NCBI GenBank assembly: GCA_963770035.1 | Contig: CAVYON010000028.1 | Coordinates: 2,458 to 66,457 of the forward strand | Direction of reading: 5' to 3' | From: an uncultured Alphaproteobacteria bacterium | Lineage (GTDB): Bacteria > Pseudomonadota > Alphaproteobacteria > Rhizobiales > Beijerinckiaceae | DNA: 64,000 bases | Part shown: in pieces, positions 30,032 to 39,827 of the stretch | Layout of the letters: each line of letters opens with the position of its first letter | Numbering within the stretch: position 1 is the first letter of the stretch | Program-made: the position numbers and the translations under genes | Notes under the pieces: generated by a model | The model's input: the letters and a program-made list of their open reading frames with translations, nothing else | Databases searched by the model: none | Told to the model about the DNA's origin: nothing

Positions 30032-30755
30032 GCGCTCTCCTGCCCGGACCTCGTGGGGTCCATAGCGCCATTCCCGCGCGAGACGCAAACCGTCTCCGAT
30101 GGCGCCCGTCGCGGATTAAGCGCGAAGAAAGGTTTCCGATGGGTGAACCTGCCCTGCTTTGCCGCCGTTTGCGTCCCCCGCGCGCTTTTGTCGACCCAGA
30201 GGGAAAGAACTTGCCAAGCGACCCTGTGCCCCCTATTTAGAAGGCGTTACGAATCCGGACCGAATCCGCGAGGCCGCCCGCTTGAGGTTGACGTGGGCGC
30301 ATGCAAGACCGCCGTATGACGGATTGCGGCCCTCGTTGAGATGACGCCGTGGCGAATGCTTGGTTTGCCGTCACTTTTTGGCGCGCCTTGGCGAGGATGT
30401 CTTGCCGGCGATAGGAGTGTCGACGGAAACCAATTCGCCGTTGGCCGGAAGTCTACCGGCGGCAGGGCCTGTTTCGTGACATCGGCGCGCCGAGCGCGTC
30501 GTTCCTTGGGCGGAACAGTCGGATAAGGCCTTGGTTTACCGCTGACGATGTCACAACCGCAGATCCACGACGACCTCATGACGGCGACGCGGGCCTGCGA
30601 ACTCGTCGTCCGGCGCCTCCGGCGACGCGCCGCGATGGCCGTATCAAATTTCCGATCCCAATTCCATCCAATCTCCAACTCCAACGCTGCGCCAGACGGC
30701 GCCCAGCGGCCGCGATCCTCCGCGGCCCGCGGCGCCGTGCGCAAGAGAGCATTCC

Positions 30756-33700
30756 ATGGCAAACAAAATGATTATCGACGCCTCGCACCCGGAAGAAACC
30801 CGGGTGGTGGTTCTAAGGGGTAACCGCGTCGAGGAGTTCGACTTCGAATCCGCGAGCAAGCGGCCGCTGCGCGGCAACATCTACCTTGCAAAGGTCACGC
30901 GCGTGGAGCCGTCGCTCCAGGCGGCTTTTGTCGACTACGGCGGCAATCGGCATGGCTTCCTCGCCTTTTCGGAAATCCATACGGATTACTACCAAATCCC
31001 CGTCGCCGACCGGCAAGCGCTGCTTGAGGAAGAGGCGCAGATCTCTCAAGACGAGGATGACGAGCCGCGCGGAGAGCGCCGCAGCCGCCGCCATCGCCGA
31101 CCGCGTGCGAACGAGGCGGGCGCGCGCGCAAGCGATGCCGAGGACGAGACCGTTTCCGAGGTCGCCCTGGTCGCGGAGGATGCGGTCGAGGCGGGCGACG
31201 AGGACGAGGGAGCTGCTGGCGTAGCGTCCTTTGCTGGCGGCATCGAGGACGTCGACGGCGCGATGGCCGGCGAGCCAGCCGGGGAGAAGCGGCCGACCGA
31301 GCCGTCGGCCAAGGCGGACCTTGCAGGGGAGGCGCCTGGCGGAGAGAGGGCCGCGGCCGACTCCGAAGCCCTGGTCGGGGATGAATCCGCCCCTGATGGC
31401 CCCGGCGGCGTAGCCCCGCCGATCGCGCAGGAGGCCTCCCCGGGCGAACTGGCGCCGGAGAGCGCTTCGTCGGAGCCTGTGGCGGAGGCGGGCGAAGCCG
31501 AAGGGTCCGCCCGTGGGCCGACTGACGCCGACGACAAGGGCGACGACGACCACGAACACGAAGTGACAACGCTCGAGGCCGGGTCGGAGGAGCGCGTCCG
31601 CACGAGCCGAAAGGAGCGATCTGAGGACGACGGCGAGCCCGTGGAACAGATCGGCGGCGACGCCTGGGAGGAGCTGCCGCGGCGGCCGCAGCGGCTGCGC
31701 CGGCAGTACAAGATTCAGGAAGTGATCAAGCGCCGGCAGGTCTTGCTGGTCCAGGTCGTCAAGGAGGAGCGCGGCAACAAGGGCGCGGCGTTGACCACCT
31801 ATCTGTCGCTCGCCGGTCGCTATTGCGTGCTGATGCCGAACACCGCACGCGGCGGCGGCATTTCGCGCAAGATCACCAACGCCCAGGACCGCAGCCGCCT
31901 CAAAGGCATCGCCGAGGAGTTGGACGTGCCGGAGGGCATGGGGGTGATCTTGCGGACCGCAGGCGCCTCGCGCACCAAGGCCGAGGTCAAACGCGACTTC
32001 GAATACCTGCTCAGGATGTGGGAGACGGTGCGCGAGACGACCCTCGCCTCGAGCGCGCCCACGCTCGTCTACGAGGAAGGGTCGCTGATCAAGCGCGCTA
32101 TTCGCGACCTCTACAGCAAGGAAGTCGACGAGATCATGGTGGCGGGAGAGCTGGGCTACCGCGAGGCGCGGCAGTTCATGCGGCTCCTGATGCCGAGCCA
32201 CGTCAACGCCGTGCAGCTCTACCGCGACACGCAGCCAGTGTTCGCCAAGGCCGGCGTGGAGCAGCAACTCGACGCCATGTTTTCCAATCAGGTGACGCTC
32301 AAGTCGGGCGGCTACATCGTCATCAACCAGACCGAGGCGCTGGTCGCCATCGACGTCAACTCAGGCCGTTCCACCCGGGAGCACAATATCGAGGACACGG
32401 CGCTCCGGACCAACCTCGAGGCCGCGGATGAGATCGCCCGGCAGCTCAGGCTGCGCGACCTCGCCGGACTGATTGTCGTCGACTTCATCGACATGGAAGA
32501 GCAGCGCAACAACCGGGCCGTCGAGCGCCGGATCAAGGACGCGTTGAAGAACGACCGGGCTCGCATCCAGGTTGGCCGCATCTCCCACTTCGGACTTCTG
32601 GAGATGTCGCGCCAGCGCATCCGCACCGGCGTGCTGGAGGGCTCGACGGTCGTCTGCGCCCATTGCCAGGGTTCCGGCGTTGTCCGCTCGACCTCGTCTA
32701 TCGCGCTGCACGTGCTGCGCGTGCTTGAAGACGCGCTGCTCAAGAGCGCCACCCACGACATCGTGGTGCGCACGCGAACGGCCGTCGCTCTTTATATCCT
32801 CAACCAGAAGCGGGCGAACCTGCGCGATCTCGAACGGCAATTCGGCGTCGCGGTGGCGATCGAGGCGGACGACACGCTAACGGGCGCCAACTACCACGCG
32901 ATTGATCGCGGCGAGCCGGCGACCGGTCCGCGCCGCGACATCGAGCCCGAGGCGCTGGCGCAGGACGATTTCACCACGATCGTCGACGAGCCGGCGCCGA
33001 TCGAGGAGCCGATTGAGGAAGAGACCGAGGCGTCGGTCGAGAACGAAGGCGAAGAGGCCGAAGACTCGGCGGTCACGCGCGAAGGCTCCGAAAGCGGCCC
33101 GGCGGACGAGAGCGAAGGCGGCCGACGTCGGCGGCGACGGCGGCGTCGGCGCGGCGGCGATCGGCCTTTGGGTGAGAGCATCGCCCCGGACGCGCCCCAG
33201 CCGGCCGACGACGGCCTCGCCGTCGTCGCAGAAATCGGCGGCGATCTCGCGTCGCCGGTCGAGGAAACCGGATCCTTCGAGGGTCGCGGCCCCGCTGGTG
33301 AAGGGGAGCGCGGCGGTCGTCGCTCGCGCCGCTCGCGCGGCGGTCGCAACCGCTTCCCTCCACGGGTGGGCGAACGGCATTATGGCGAGGGCGCAGCCGC
33401 GTACGCCGATCCTGGAGAGGCTCCGACCTCCGCTGAGGCGAACCCGCTCGCGCAGCCGGAGGAGTTTGAGGCCGCGCTCGCCGATGCCCCGCCACCCGAG
33501 CAAGTCTGGACGAACGAGCCCGCGCCGCTTCCGGAGCCGTCGGCGCCGCCGACCCAGCCGAATGTGGAGGACGCGCTGACTCCAACGGCCGTGGCGGCCG
33601 GAGAGGACTTCTCTGCGGCGAGTCCGACGATCGCCGGAATCGAAGCCGCATCGGCCGGGCATGCGCCTCCGCCGACCGCAGACGCTCCGGCAATCGTTCC

Positions 33701-33830
33701 CACTGGGGAAACTGGAGCCCAAAGCGGCGATGTCGGAGAACGGGAGCCGGCCGAGCCCTTCGACGAGACGCCCCGCCCCCGCCGCACGGGCTGGTGGCAG
33801 AGGGCCCGGGCGAGCATCGTCGGGAACTGA
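30756..33830 (+). CDS. rne: Ribonuclease E/G with a long insertion in the S1 domain and a disordered C-terminus
   Basis: RGNIYLAKVTRVEPSLQAAFVDYG, QVVKEERGNKGAALTTY, VAIDVNSG, VVDFIDM, CAHCQGSG. Confidence 0.95.
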   Translation: MANKMIIDASHPEETRVVVLRGNRVEEFDFESASKRPLRGNIYLAKVTRVEPSLQAAFVDYGGNRHGFLAFSEIHTDYYQIPVADRQALLEEEAQISQDEDDEPRGERRSRRHRRPRANEAGARASDAEDETVSEVALVAEDAVEAGDEDEGAAGVASFAGGIEDVDGAMAGEPAGEKRPTEPSAKADLAGEAPGGERAAADSEALVGDESAPDGPGGVAPPIAQEASPGELAPESASSEPVAEAGEAEGSARGPTDADDKGDDDHEHEVTTLEAGSEERVRTSRKERSEDDGEPVEQIGGDAWEELPRRPQRLRRQYKIQEVIKRRQVLLVQVVKEERGNKGAALTTYLSLAGRYCVLMPNTARGGGISRKITNAQDRSRLKGIAEELDVPEGMGVILRTAGASRTKAEVKRDFEYLLRMWETVRETTLASSAPTLVYEEGSLIKRAIRDLYSKEVDEIMVAGELGYREARQFMRLLMPSHVNAVQLYRDTQPVFAKAGVEQQLDAMFSNQVTLKSGGYIVINQTEALVAIDVNSGRSTREHNIEDTALRTNLEAADEIARQLRLRDLAGLIVVDFIDMEEQRNNRAVERRIKDALKNDRARIQVGRISHFGLLEMSRQRIRTGVLEGSTVVCAHCQGSGVVRSTSSIALHVLRVLEDALLKSATHDIVVRTRTAVALYILNQKRANLRDLERQFGVAVAIEADDTLTGANYHAIDRGEPATGPRRDIEPEALAQDDFTTIVDEPAPIEEPIEEETEASVENEGEEAEDSAVTREGSESGPADESEGGRRRRRRRRRRGGDRPLGESIAPDAPQPADDGLAVVAEIGGDLASPVEETGSFEGRGPAGEGERGGRRSRRSRGGRNRFPPRVGERHYGEGAAAYADPGEAPTSAEANPLAQPEEFEAALADAPPPEQVWTNEPAPLPEPSAPPTQPNVEDALTPTAVAAGEDFSAASPTIAGIEAASAGHAPPPTADAPAIVPTGETGAQSGDVGEREPAEPFDETPRPRRTGWWQRARASIVGN

Positions 33831-33944
33831 GGACGTCGTCCAGAGCGATTTGCCTTCGGACGGTTCGCCTCGCCGCCGTACACGACGGCCGCACAAGGCC
33901 GTGCCTTTGGCGCCTGATATCGACGCGCGGCGGAGAGGAAAGCG

Positions 33945-34478
33945 TTACGCCGCCGCCGCGCCCGGGACTCGGCGGCGCATCTCTGCCGCGACGGTTTCCA
34001 TGTCGATTGGGCCGAAGCCATGGCTGTCAACCCCGACGTCGAGGCTCAAGCCGAGCGGCTTTGCGTCGAACTTGCCGTGGACGTGACCATAAAGGTGCCA
34101 TGCGCCGCGCCAGGCATTCGGCCACTCCCGCAAAGGGTAGTGACAAAGGAAGATGCGCTGACCGCCAACCGCAATCTCCCGCATCTCGGCGATGGACACG
34201 AAGCGGCCGGTCGCTTCCATGAGAGCGCAGGGATCGTTATTGCCGCGGATGAGGTGAATTTGCCCATTGAGCCTGCAAAGCGTCTCGCCGAGCCGGTCGT
34301 GGTGGTCGTGACCAACATCGCCGAGGTGGTAGACCTCGTCGTCCGGCTTCACCCGTTCGTTCCAGCGCGAGACCAGAAGATCGTCCATTTCGCCGAGCGA
34401 CGAGAACGGCCGCATGCGCTGGGTGAGGGCGAGGATGTGTCCAAAATGCGTATCCGCCGTAAAGTGAATTTTTTTCAT
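33945..34478 (-). CDS. Calcineurin-like metallophosphoesterase
   Basis: ADTHFGH, YHLGDV, RGNND, LCHYP, LYGHVH and DVGVD motifs. Confidence 0.85.
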   Translation of the reverse strand: MKKIHFTADTHFGHILALTQRMRPFSSLGEMDDLLVSRWNERVKPDDEVYHLGDVGHDHHDRLGETLCRLNGQIHLIRGNNDPCALMEATGRFVSIAEMREIAVGGQRIFLCHYPLREWPNAWRGAWHLYGHVHGKFDAKPLGLSLDVGVDSHGFGPIDMETVAAEMRRRVPGAAAA

Positions 34479-34762
34479 CCCGTGCCGCCTCGCGAGCTTC
34501 TGTTGACCGACGTTCCCCCGAACGGGGCGCGGAGCAACAGCGCGCCCTCCCTTCAGCGCCTTTCTCCGCTTGCCGGAGCCAGCAGGACAAAGGGCGCACC
34601 ACATCCTTAGCAAGCATTATACCACGACGCTATCGCGATCGGCCCCCGCCCACCCGCCCCCCGCCCGGGCGAAGCGCCGAGACGCGAAGAGCCAAAAAGG
34701 CGACTTGGCCAGTCAGCTCGACGATGCTGTTCTCGTTCCTGCGCGCCCTTTGAGGCCTGTCG

Positions 34763-34960
34763 GCGGGAGATGGTCGAGATCCTCAACAAGATCGAACCGC
34801 GGTTCGGATCGGACCTGATCGCCTACGCCTGCTACGCCTGGTACCGTTTCGAGCCCCTGCCCGGCTTTTCCGGCAGACCGCGATGCAACTCGTCCGCGCC
34901 GGGCGCGCGGCCGACGTCCTCGAGTATATCGACGCGGTCGACGCCGGTGTCTTTGCTTGA
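34763..34960 (+). pseudogene. Remnant of an Xre/MbcA/ParS-type antitoxin C-terminal (DUF2384-like) domain
   Basis: EMVEILNKIEPRFGSDLIAYA..WYRFEPLPGFSGR + TAMQLVRAGRAADVLEYIDAVDAGVFA* after a 1-nt correction; no N-terminus and no RES toxin nearby. Confidence 0.65.
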
Positions 34961-35130
34961 CGCGATGCCCGCGACCCCCTGTCCGGCTGCGGAGCTGAAA
35001 GGTACGGAGGCCGTTCCTAAGTCGCCCCCCTTCCAAGCCATTCTTTTTGAGAGGCGAAGGACGGTACGCCGTGAATGGACCCCGGTTTGAGTTCCCGGCG
35101 ACGCGGCGCCGAGCGATTTCGCATCGCGCG

Positions 35131-36291
35131 TCACGGATAGTCGATCCACACTCCCCCGGCGTCCGCGGAGCGCACGCAGGCCTCCACCCAGCGCACGCCC
35201 TCGACTCCGGCTTCGATATCGGGATAGCGAAGCGGGGCTCCGCCCGTGTCCATCGCCTCCATGGCGGCGGCGAAACGGTAGTAGAGATTGGACCAGGCCT
35301 CGAACAGCCCTTCCGGATGGCCCGCGCCGATGCGATCATCGACCAGCGCCTCGGCCGCGAGATACGGCATTCCCCGCTCGAGCACACGCGCCGGCTCGCC
35401 CTGGACCTCGTGGCTAAGCTGGTTCGGCCGCTCATCCCACCATTCGATCGACGCCTTCGAGCCGACAATGCGCACCTTCTGGCCATGCATCGAACCGGCG
35501 TTGACCGCCGAGCACCACACCGTGCCGAAGGCGCCGTTGTCGTATTCCATCAGGGTCATCGCGTTGTCTTCGAGCGGCGCGCGGCTCTTGACGAAGCTCT
35601 GGCGCGCGCAAAGCAGACGCTTGATCTTCAGGTGCGGCAGGATGGTCTCGGCGATGTAAAGCGGATGCGTGCCGAGGTCGCCAAGGACGTAACTCGGTCC
35701 GGCAAATTTCGGATCGACGCGCCACTTCGTGGCCGGGTTCGACGTCTCGACCGCGGCGCTGTGGAAACCGTGCGCGAATTGCAGGTTGATGAGGCGGATG
35801 TCGCCGAGTTCGCCTGCCGCGACCATGGTGCGCGCCTGCTCGATCATCTGATGGCCGGCGTATCCGTAGGTGACCCCGACGACCTTGTTTTGCGCGGCCG
35901 AGAGCCGGCGCAGGTCCTCGGCCTCGGCGACCGTAAAGCACAGCGGCTTCTCGCAGACGACGTGAAGGCCGCGCTCCAGCGCCGCTTTCGCGATCTCATG
36001 GTGGGTGGCGTTGGGCGTTGCGACGGTTACGGCTTCGATCCCATCGCGGCGTCGCGCCTCGGCCTCGAACATCGCGCGATAATCGGGGTAGCAGCGCTCG
36101 GCTGCAACGCCGAGTTCGAGGCCGAAGCCGCGGCCGCGTTCCGGGTCGATGTCGAGCGCGCAGGCGACAAGTTCGAAGCTGCGGTCGCGCAACGCCGCGG
36201 ACCGGTGGATGTAGCCGATCTGGCTGCCGCGTCCGCCGCCGACCATCGCCCAGCGGATCGGCCGTTTCATTTGTCCGGCGCCGGTGATCAT
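35131..36291 (-). CDS. Gfo/Idh/MocA-family oxidoreductase
   Basis: WAMVGGGRGSQIG, VATPN..H, HVVCEKP, GDLGTH. Confidence 0.9.
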   Translation of the reverse strand: MITGAGQMKRPIRWAMVGGGRGSQIGYIHRSAALRDRSFELVACALDIDPERGRGFGLELGVAAERCYPDYRAMFEAEARRRDGIEAVTVATPNATHHEIAKAALERGLHVVCEKPLCFTVAEAEDLRRLSAAQNKVVGVTYGYAGHQMIEQARTMVAAGELGDIRLINLQFAHGFHSAAVETSNPATKWRVDPKFAGPSYVLGDLGTHPLYIAETILPHLKIKRLLCARQSFVKSRAPLEDNAMTLMEYDNGAFGTVWCSAVNAGSMHGQKVRIVGSKASIEWWDERPNQLSHEVQGEPARVLERGMPYLAAEALVDDRIGAGHPEGLFEAWSNLYYRFAAAMEAMDTGGAPLRYPDIEAGVEGVRWVEACVRSADAGGVWIDYP

Positions 36292-36312
36292 CGTTGTTCC
36301 TCCAGATGGGTG

Positions 36313-37236
36313 TCAGAAGCCGACGCGAGCGAGATAGTCGCGGCTCGCCTTCACGTCAGCGATGCTGCCGCCGGCGTTGCGCGGATCGCGTTCCTGCTCG
36401 ACGGTAATGACGCCGGCGTAGCCGATGCGGGCGAGCAAGGCGCGGATCGCGGGATAGTCGATGCAGCCGCGCCCGATCGGGCACATGACGCCCTCCCCGC
36501 ACGCCTCAAAGAAATGGATACGGCGGCCCATGATTTCGTAGAACTTCGCCCGATCGATGTCCTTGAAGTGGATGTAGTCGAGTCGGTCGGCGTATGCCTC
36601 GAGCGCATCCATCGGATCCATGCCGGCGTAGAAAAGGTGGCCGGTATCGAGGCAGAAGCCGGCTGTCTCCTGCGGAATGTCAACGGAGACGCGCTCGATC
36701 TCGTCGGCGAATTCGATATAGCCGCCGGCGTGCGGATGGATGACCGCGCGCACGCCGTAGCGCGAACGCGCGAGATCGGCGATCGCCTTGATATTGGAAA
36801 CCAAGCCGGCCCAGTCCGCGCCGGTGAGCCGCGGGGCGCGGTCCGGATGGCCGGCAGCGTAATCGCGCTCGTCGTGGCCCCAGTCCATTACGGTGAGATA
36901 GGGCGTCGGGAAACGCTGCCCTGCATTCGGCGCGACCTTGGGCAGGCGACTCACGAGGGTGCAGATGTCGTCCGTCTGCCGCAGCAGGTTCCCGCGATTG
37001 GCGGGCGAGACGAGATCAGCGAAAATCGTGCCGGCGACGATCGAAAGGCCGCGCGAACTCAGGGCCGCGCTCACGCGGCCGAGGTCGAGCGGGACGTAGC
37101 CGTAAGGCCCGAGTTCGAGGCCCGCGTATCCGGCCGCGGCAACCTCATCGAACACCCGCTCCCATTGCGGGAGGTTGGGGTTGCAAACGTCATCGACGCC
37201 CCAGCAGCAGGGCGCCGTGGCGATCGAGATGCCCAT
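36313..37236 (-). CDS. Xylose-isomerase-like TIM-barrel protein (IolE/MocC-like)
   Basis: APCCWGVD, GLELGP, IHPHAGGYIE, LDTGH, YIHFKD, VEQE. Confidence 0.85.
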   Translation of the reverse strand: MGISIATAPCCWGVDDVCNPNLPQWERVFDEVAAAGYAGLELGPYGYVPLDLGRVSAALSSRGLSIVAGTIFADLVSPANRGNLLRQTDDICTLVSRLPKVAPNAGQRFPTPYLTVMDWGHDERDYAAGHPDRAPRLTGADWAGLVSNIKAIADLARSRYGVRAVIHPHAGGYIEFADEIERVSVDIPQETAGFCLDTGHLFYAGMDPMDALEAYADRLDYIHFKDIDRAKFYEIMGRRIHFFEACGEGVMCPIGRGCIDYPAIRALLARIGYAGVITVEQERDPRNAGGSIADVKASRDYLARVGF

Positions 37237-37365
37237 GGCGTCGTCTCCTCGCGTCCGACCCGTGCCGCGGGACGGCTTCGCTGCCGAAGAACTACCGCCG
37301 ACCGGGACGTCTGGACAGCGGCGTCCTGATGGCTTTCAATCAAGAGCTCGAGGGGCGGGAGAGAA

Positions 37366-38379
37366 ATGTCGCGAAAGCCGAACATTGCCGACGTCGCGCA
37401 ACTCGCCGGAGTTTCGACCGCGACAGTCGACCGGGTGCTCAACGACCGCGGCGGGGTCAATTCGGAAAAGGCGGCGCGCGTGCTGTCGGCGGCGCGACGG
37501 CTGAAGCTCGACCGCGCGCTGACACGCCGCTACAGTCGGGTGTTGCGCATCGCCGTGCTGATCCAGTCTTCGGCCAATCCGTTTCACGCAGCGCTTCGCC
37601 AGGCCTTCGCTTCCGTCGGCGGCGCCTACGCCGACCTCAATCTGCAATTTCTGATCCAGCATATTGCGCCGGGAGATCCGACCGGCATCGCGGCGGCCGT
37701 GCGCGACGCCGGCGCCCGGCATGACGGACTAATCATCACCAGCCCGGATCATGCGCGGATTTCCGCGGCGATTCGCCAGGCGGTGAAGAGCCTTCCGGTG
37801 ATCGCGCTTGCGACGGATCTGCCCGACAGCGGACGCTCGGCTTACGTCGGTCCCGATGACTGCGCGGGCGGAAGGGTCGCGGGCGACCTGATGGGACGCT
37901 TTCTCGGCGCTGAGGGCGGCGACATCGTCATGATCGCCGGGCTTCTCAGCGTCCTCGGCCACAGGGCGCGCGAGATGGGTTTTCGCGAGGTCCTGGGGGA
38001 ATACTATCCGGCCAGTCGCCTGACGCAGGTTTTGGAGAGCGGCGAGAACGCCGAGCGTGCGGGCCTGCTGGCGATACAGGCGTTGCGCGACAATCCGGCG
38101 ATTCGCGGCGTCTACCACGCGACGTCGGGAGCAAGCGAAGTCGTCGCGGCGATCGCCCGTGTCCGCGAGGGTAAGGCCGTGGCGCTGATCTCGCACGAAC
38201 TGACGGCGGAGCGGCGCTCTCTTCTCAAAGCGCGCGCGATCGACGCGGTCATCGACCAGAATCCGGAATTCGAAGTGCGCGCGGCCACGGAACTGATGGC
38301 TCGCCTCCTCGGACGCCTGGACGGCGCTGGCGGCAACATCGTCACGCCTGTGCAAATTTATACACCGGAAAGCGTGTAA
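37366..38379 (+). CDS. LacI-family transcriptional regulator
   Basis: IADVAQLAGVSTATVDRVLN HTH; divergent from the epimerase/oxidoreductase pair. Confidence 0.92.
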   Translation: MSRKPNIADVAQLAGVSTATVDRVLNDRGGVNSEKAARVLSAARRLKLDRALTRRYSRVLRIAVLIQSSANPFHAALRQAFASVGGAYADLNLQFLIQHIAPGDPTGIAAAVRDAGARHDGLIITSPDHARISAAIRQAVKSLPVIALATDLPDSGRSAYVGPDDCAGGRVAGDLMGRFLGAEGGDIVMIAGLLSVLGHRAREMGFREVLGEYYPASRLTQVLESGENAERAGLLAIQALRDNPAIRGVYHATSGASEVVAAIARVREGKAVALISHELTAERRSLLKARAIDAVIDQNPEFEVRAATELMARLLGRLDGAGGNIVTPVQIYTPESV

Positions 38380-38650
38380 CTTCGCGATTGGCCCCTGTGG
38401 CGCGAACGTTCGCGGTTGGCGCTGCGACCGGAGTCGCAGCGATCGTGACGACGGGACCGGGGGCCGCGCAAGGAACGGAACCAAGCGGGTCCCAAATCAT
38501 GACTTTGCCCCGGGATCGCGCGCAGGTCCCAGTTCCAGCAAATTTGTCTGGACAGATTGATCTGTTTATGCCACGAAATGGAATATTCGTAGCACGAGAT
38601 CACGCCGAGTTTGACGCCTCACAGGGCGCGAAAAGCGAGGAGACGCTGAA

Positions 38651-39733
38651 ATGACCGTTTCGACCCCAAATCCATCGCCGCTGTACCGGACGGTTCATGG
38701 CGCGCCGACCGACGTCTGGAACAACTCCTGCTCGCCACGGGAACTCGAATATGCGATCGGCAACGGCGCCGTCGGCGCGACCACCAACCCTTCCATCGTT
38801 CTGGCTGTCCTCAAGAAGGAGTTTGACGCCTGGAAGGGTAAGCTCCGGCGCCTTATCGATGAGAATCCGACGGCCACCGAAGACGCGATCGCCTGGAAGC
38901 TGATCGAGGAAATGGGACTGCGCGGCGCCGAAATGCTGCTGCCGGTGTTCGAGCGGGAGCGCCATCTCAAAGGGCGTCTGTCGATGCAGACGAACCCGGT
39001 CAATTATTTGGATTCTTCCAGTCTGGTGGAACAGGCGGTTCATTTCAACGGACTCGCGCCGAACATCCAGGTCAAGATCCCCGCGACCGCGGCAGGCATT
39101 GTCGCGATCGAAGAGGCGACCCGTCTCGGCATAAACATCAACGCCACGGTCAGCTTTACACTACCCCAGGCGATCGCTGTCGCGGAGGCGGTGGAACGAG
39201 GTCTCAATCGGCGCGCCAAAGAAGGCCATGACGTCGCCGGCATGAGGCCGGTCTGCACGCTCATGATTGGGCGATTGGACGACTGGCTGAAGGTGATCGC
39301 ACAGCGCGAGGGCGTGATCATGACCCCCGGCCATCTCGATTGGGCCGGAGTTGCCACCTTCAAGAAGGCTTACGGACTCTTCAAAGCGCGTGGCTACCGC
39401 GCGCGTCTGCTGGCGGCGGCGTACCGCCACCATCTCCACTGGTCGCAACTGATCGGCGGCGACATCATCCTCACGATCCCGTACGAGTGGCAGGTGCAAT
39501 TCAACAACTCGGATGTCGAGGTGAAGCCGCGCATCGACGATCCGGTCGACCCGGCGATCATCGACGACCTCTACCGGAAATTTGCCGACTTCCGCCGCGC
39601 CTATGACGAAGACGGTATGACGGTTCCGGAATTCGACCGTTACGGCGCAACCGTCAGAACGCTGCGGTCGTTCATCGAGGCCTATCGGGACCTGACGGCG
39701 CTCGTGCGCAATTCCATGCTGCCGGCGCCTTAA
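38651..39733 (+). CDS. Transaldolase-family protein
   Basis: GATTNPSI, NIQVKIPAT..G..AIEE, ININATVSF, LMIGRLDD. WNNS instead of WNDS falls at a GANTC site. Confidence 0.88.
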   Translation: MTVSTPNPSPLYRTVHGAPTDVWNNSCSPRELEYAIGNGAVGATTNPSIVLAVLKKEFDAWKGKLRRLIDENPTATEDAIAWKLIEEMGLRGAEMLLPVFERERHLKGRLSMQTNPVNYLDSSSLVEQAVHFNGLAPNIQVKIPATAAGIVAIEEATRLGININATVSFTLPQAIAVAEAVERGLNRRAKEGHDVAGMRPVCTLMIGRLDDWLKVIAQREGVIMTPGHLDWAGVATFKKAYGLFKARGYRARLLAAAYRHHLHWSQLIGGDIILTIPYEWQVQFNNSDVEVKPRIDDPVDPAIIDDLYRKFADFRRAYDEDGMTVPEFDRYGATVRTLRSFIEAYRDLTALVRNSMLPAP

Positions 39734-39827
39734 GCAGATCCCTCTCACGTCCATGTCGCTTGGCGGCTGAAAGGCCGCCCGGCGCATCTGCGCCGACGCC
39801 CGCTGTCCGCCTCGACTCGTCAGTTAA

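Noticed and set aside
33118-33160. Poly-arginine run in rne as a novel repeat
   Set aside because: Arg-rich RNA-binding segments are an expected feature of the RNase E disordered C-terminus.
35047-37329. Long opposite-strand ORFs (also 2774..4318, 6962..8686, 25993..27666, 30813..32267, 58643..60484)
   Set aside because: Shadow ORFs antisense to well-supported genes in high-GC DNA; no recognisable motifs.
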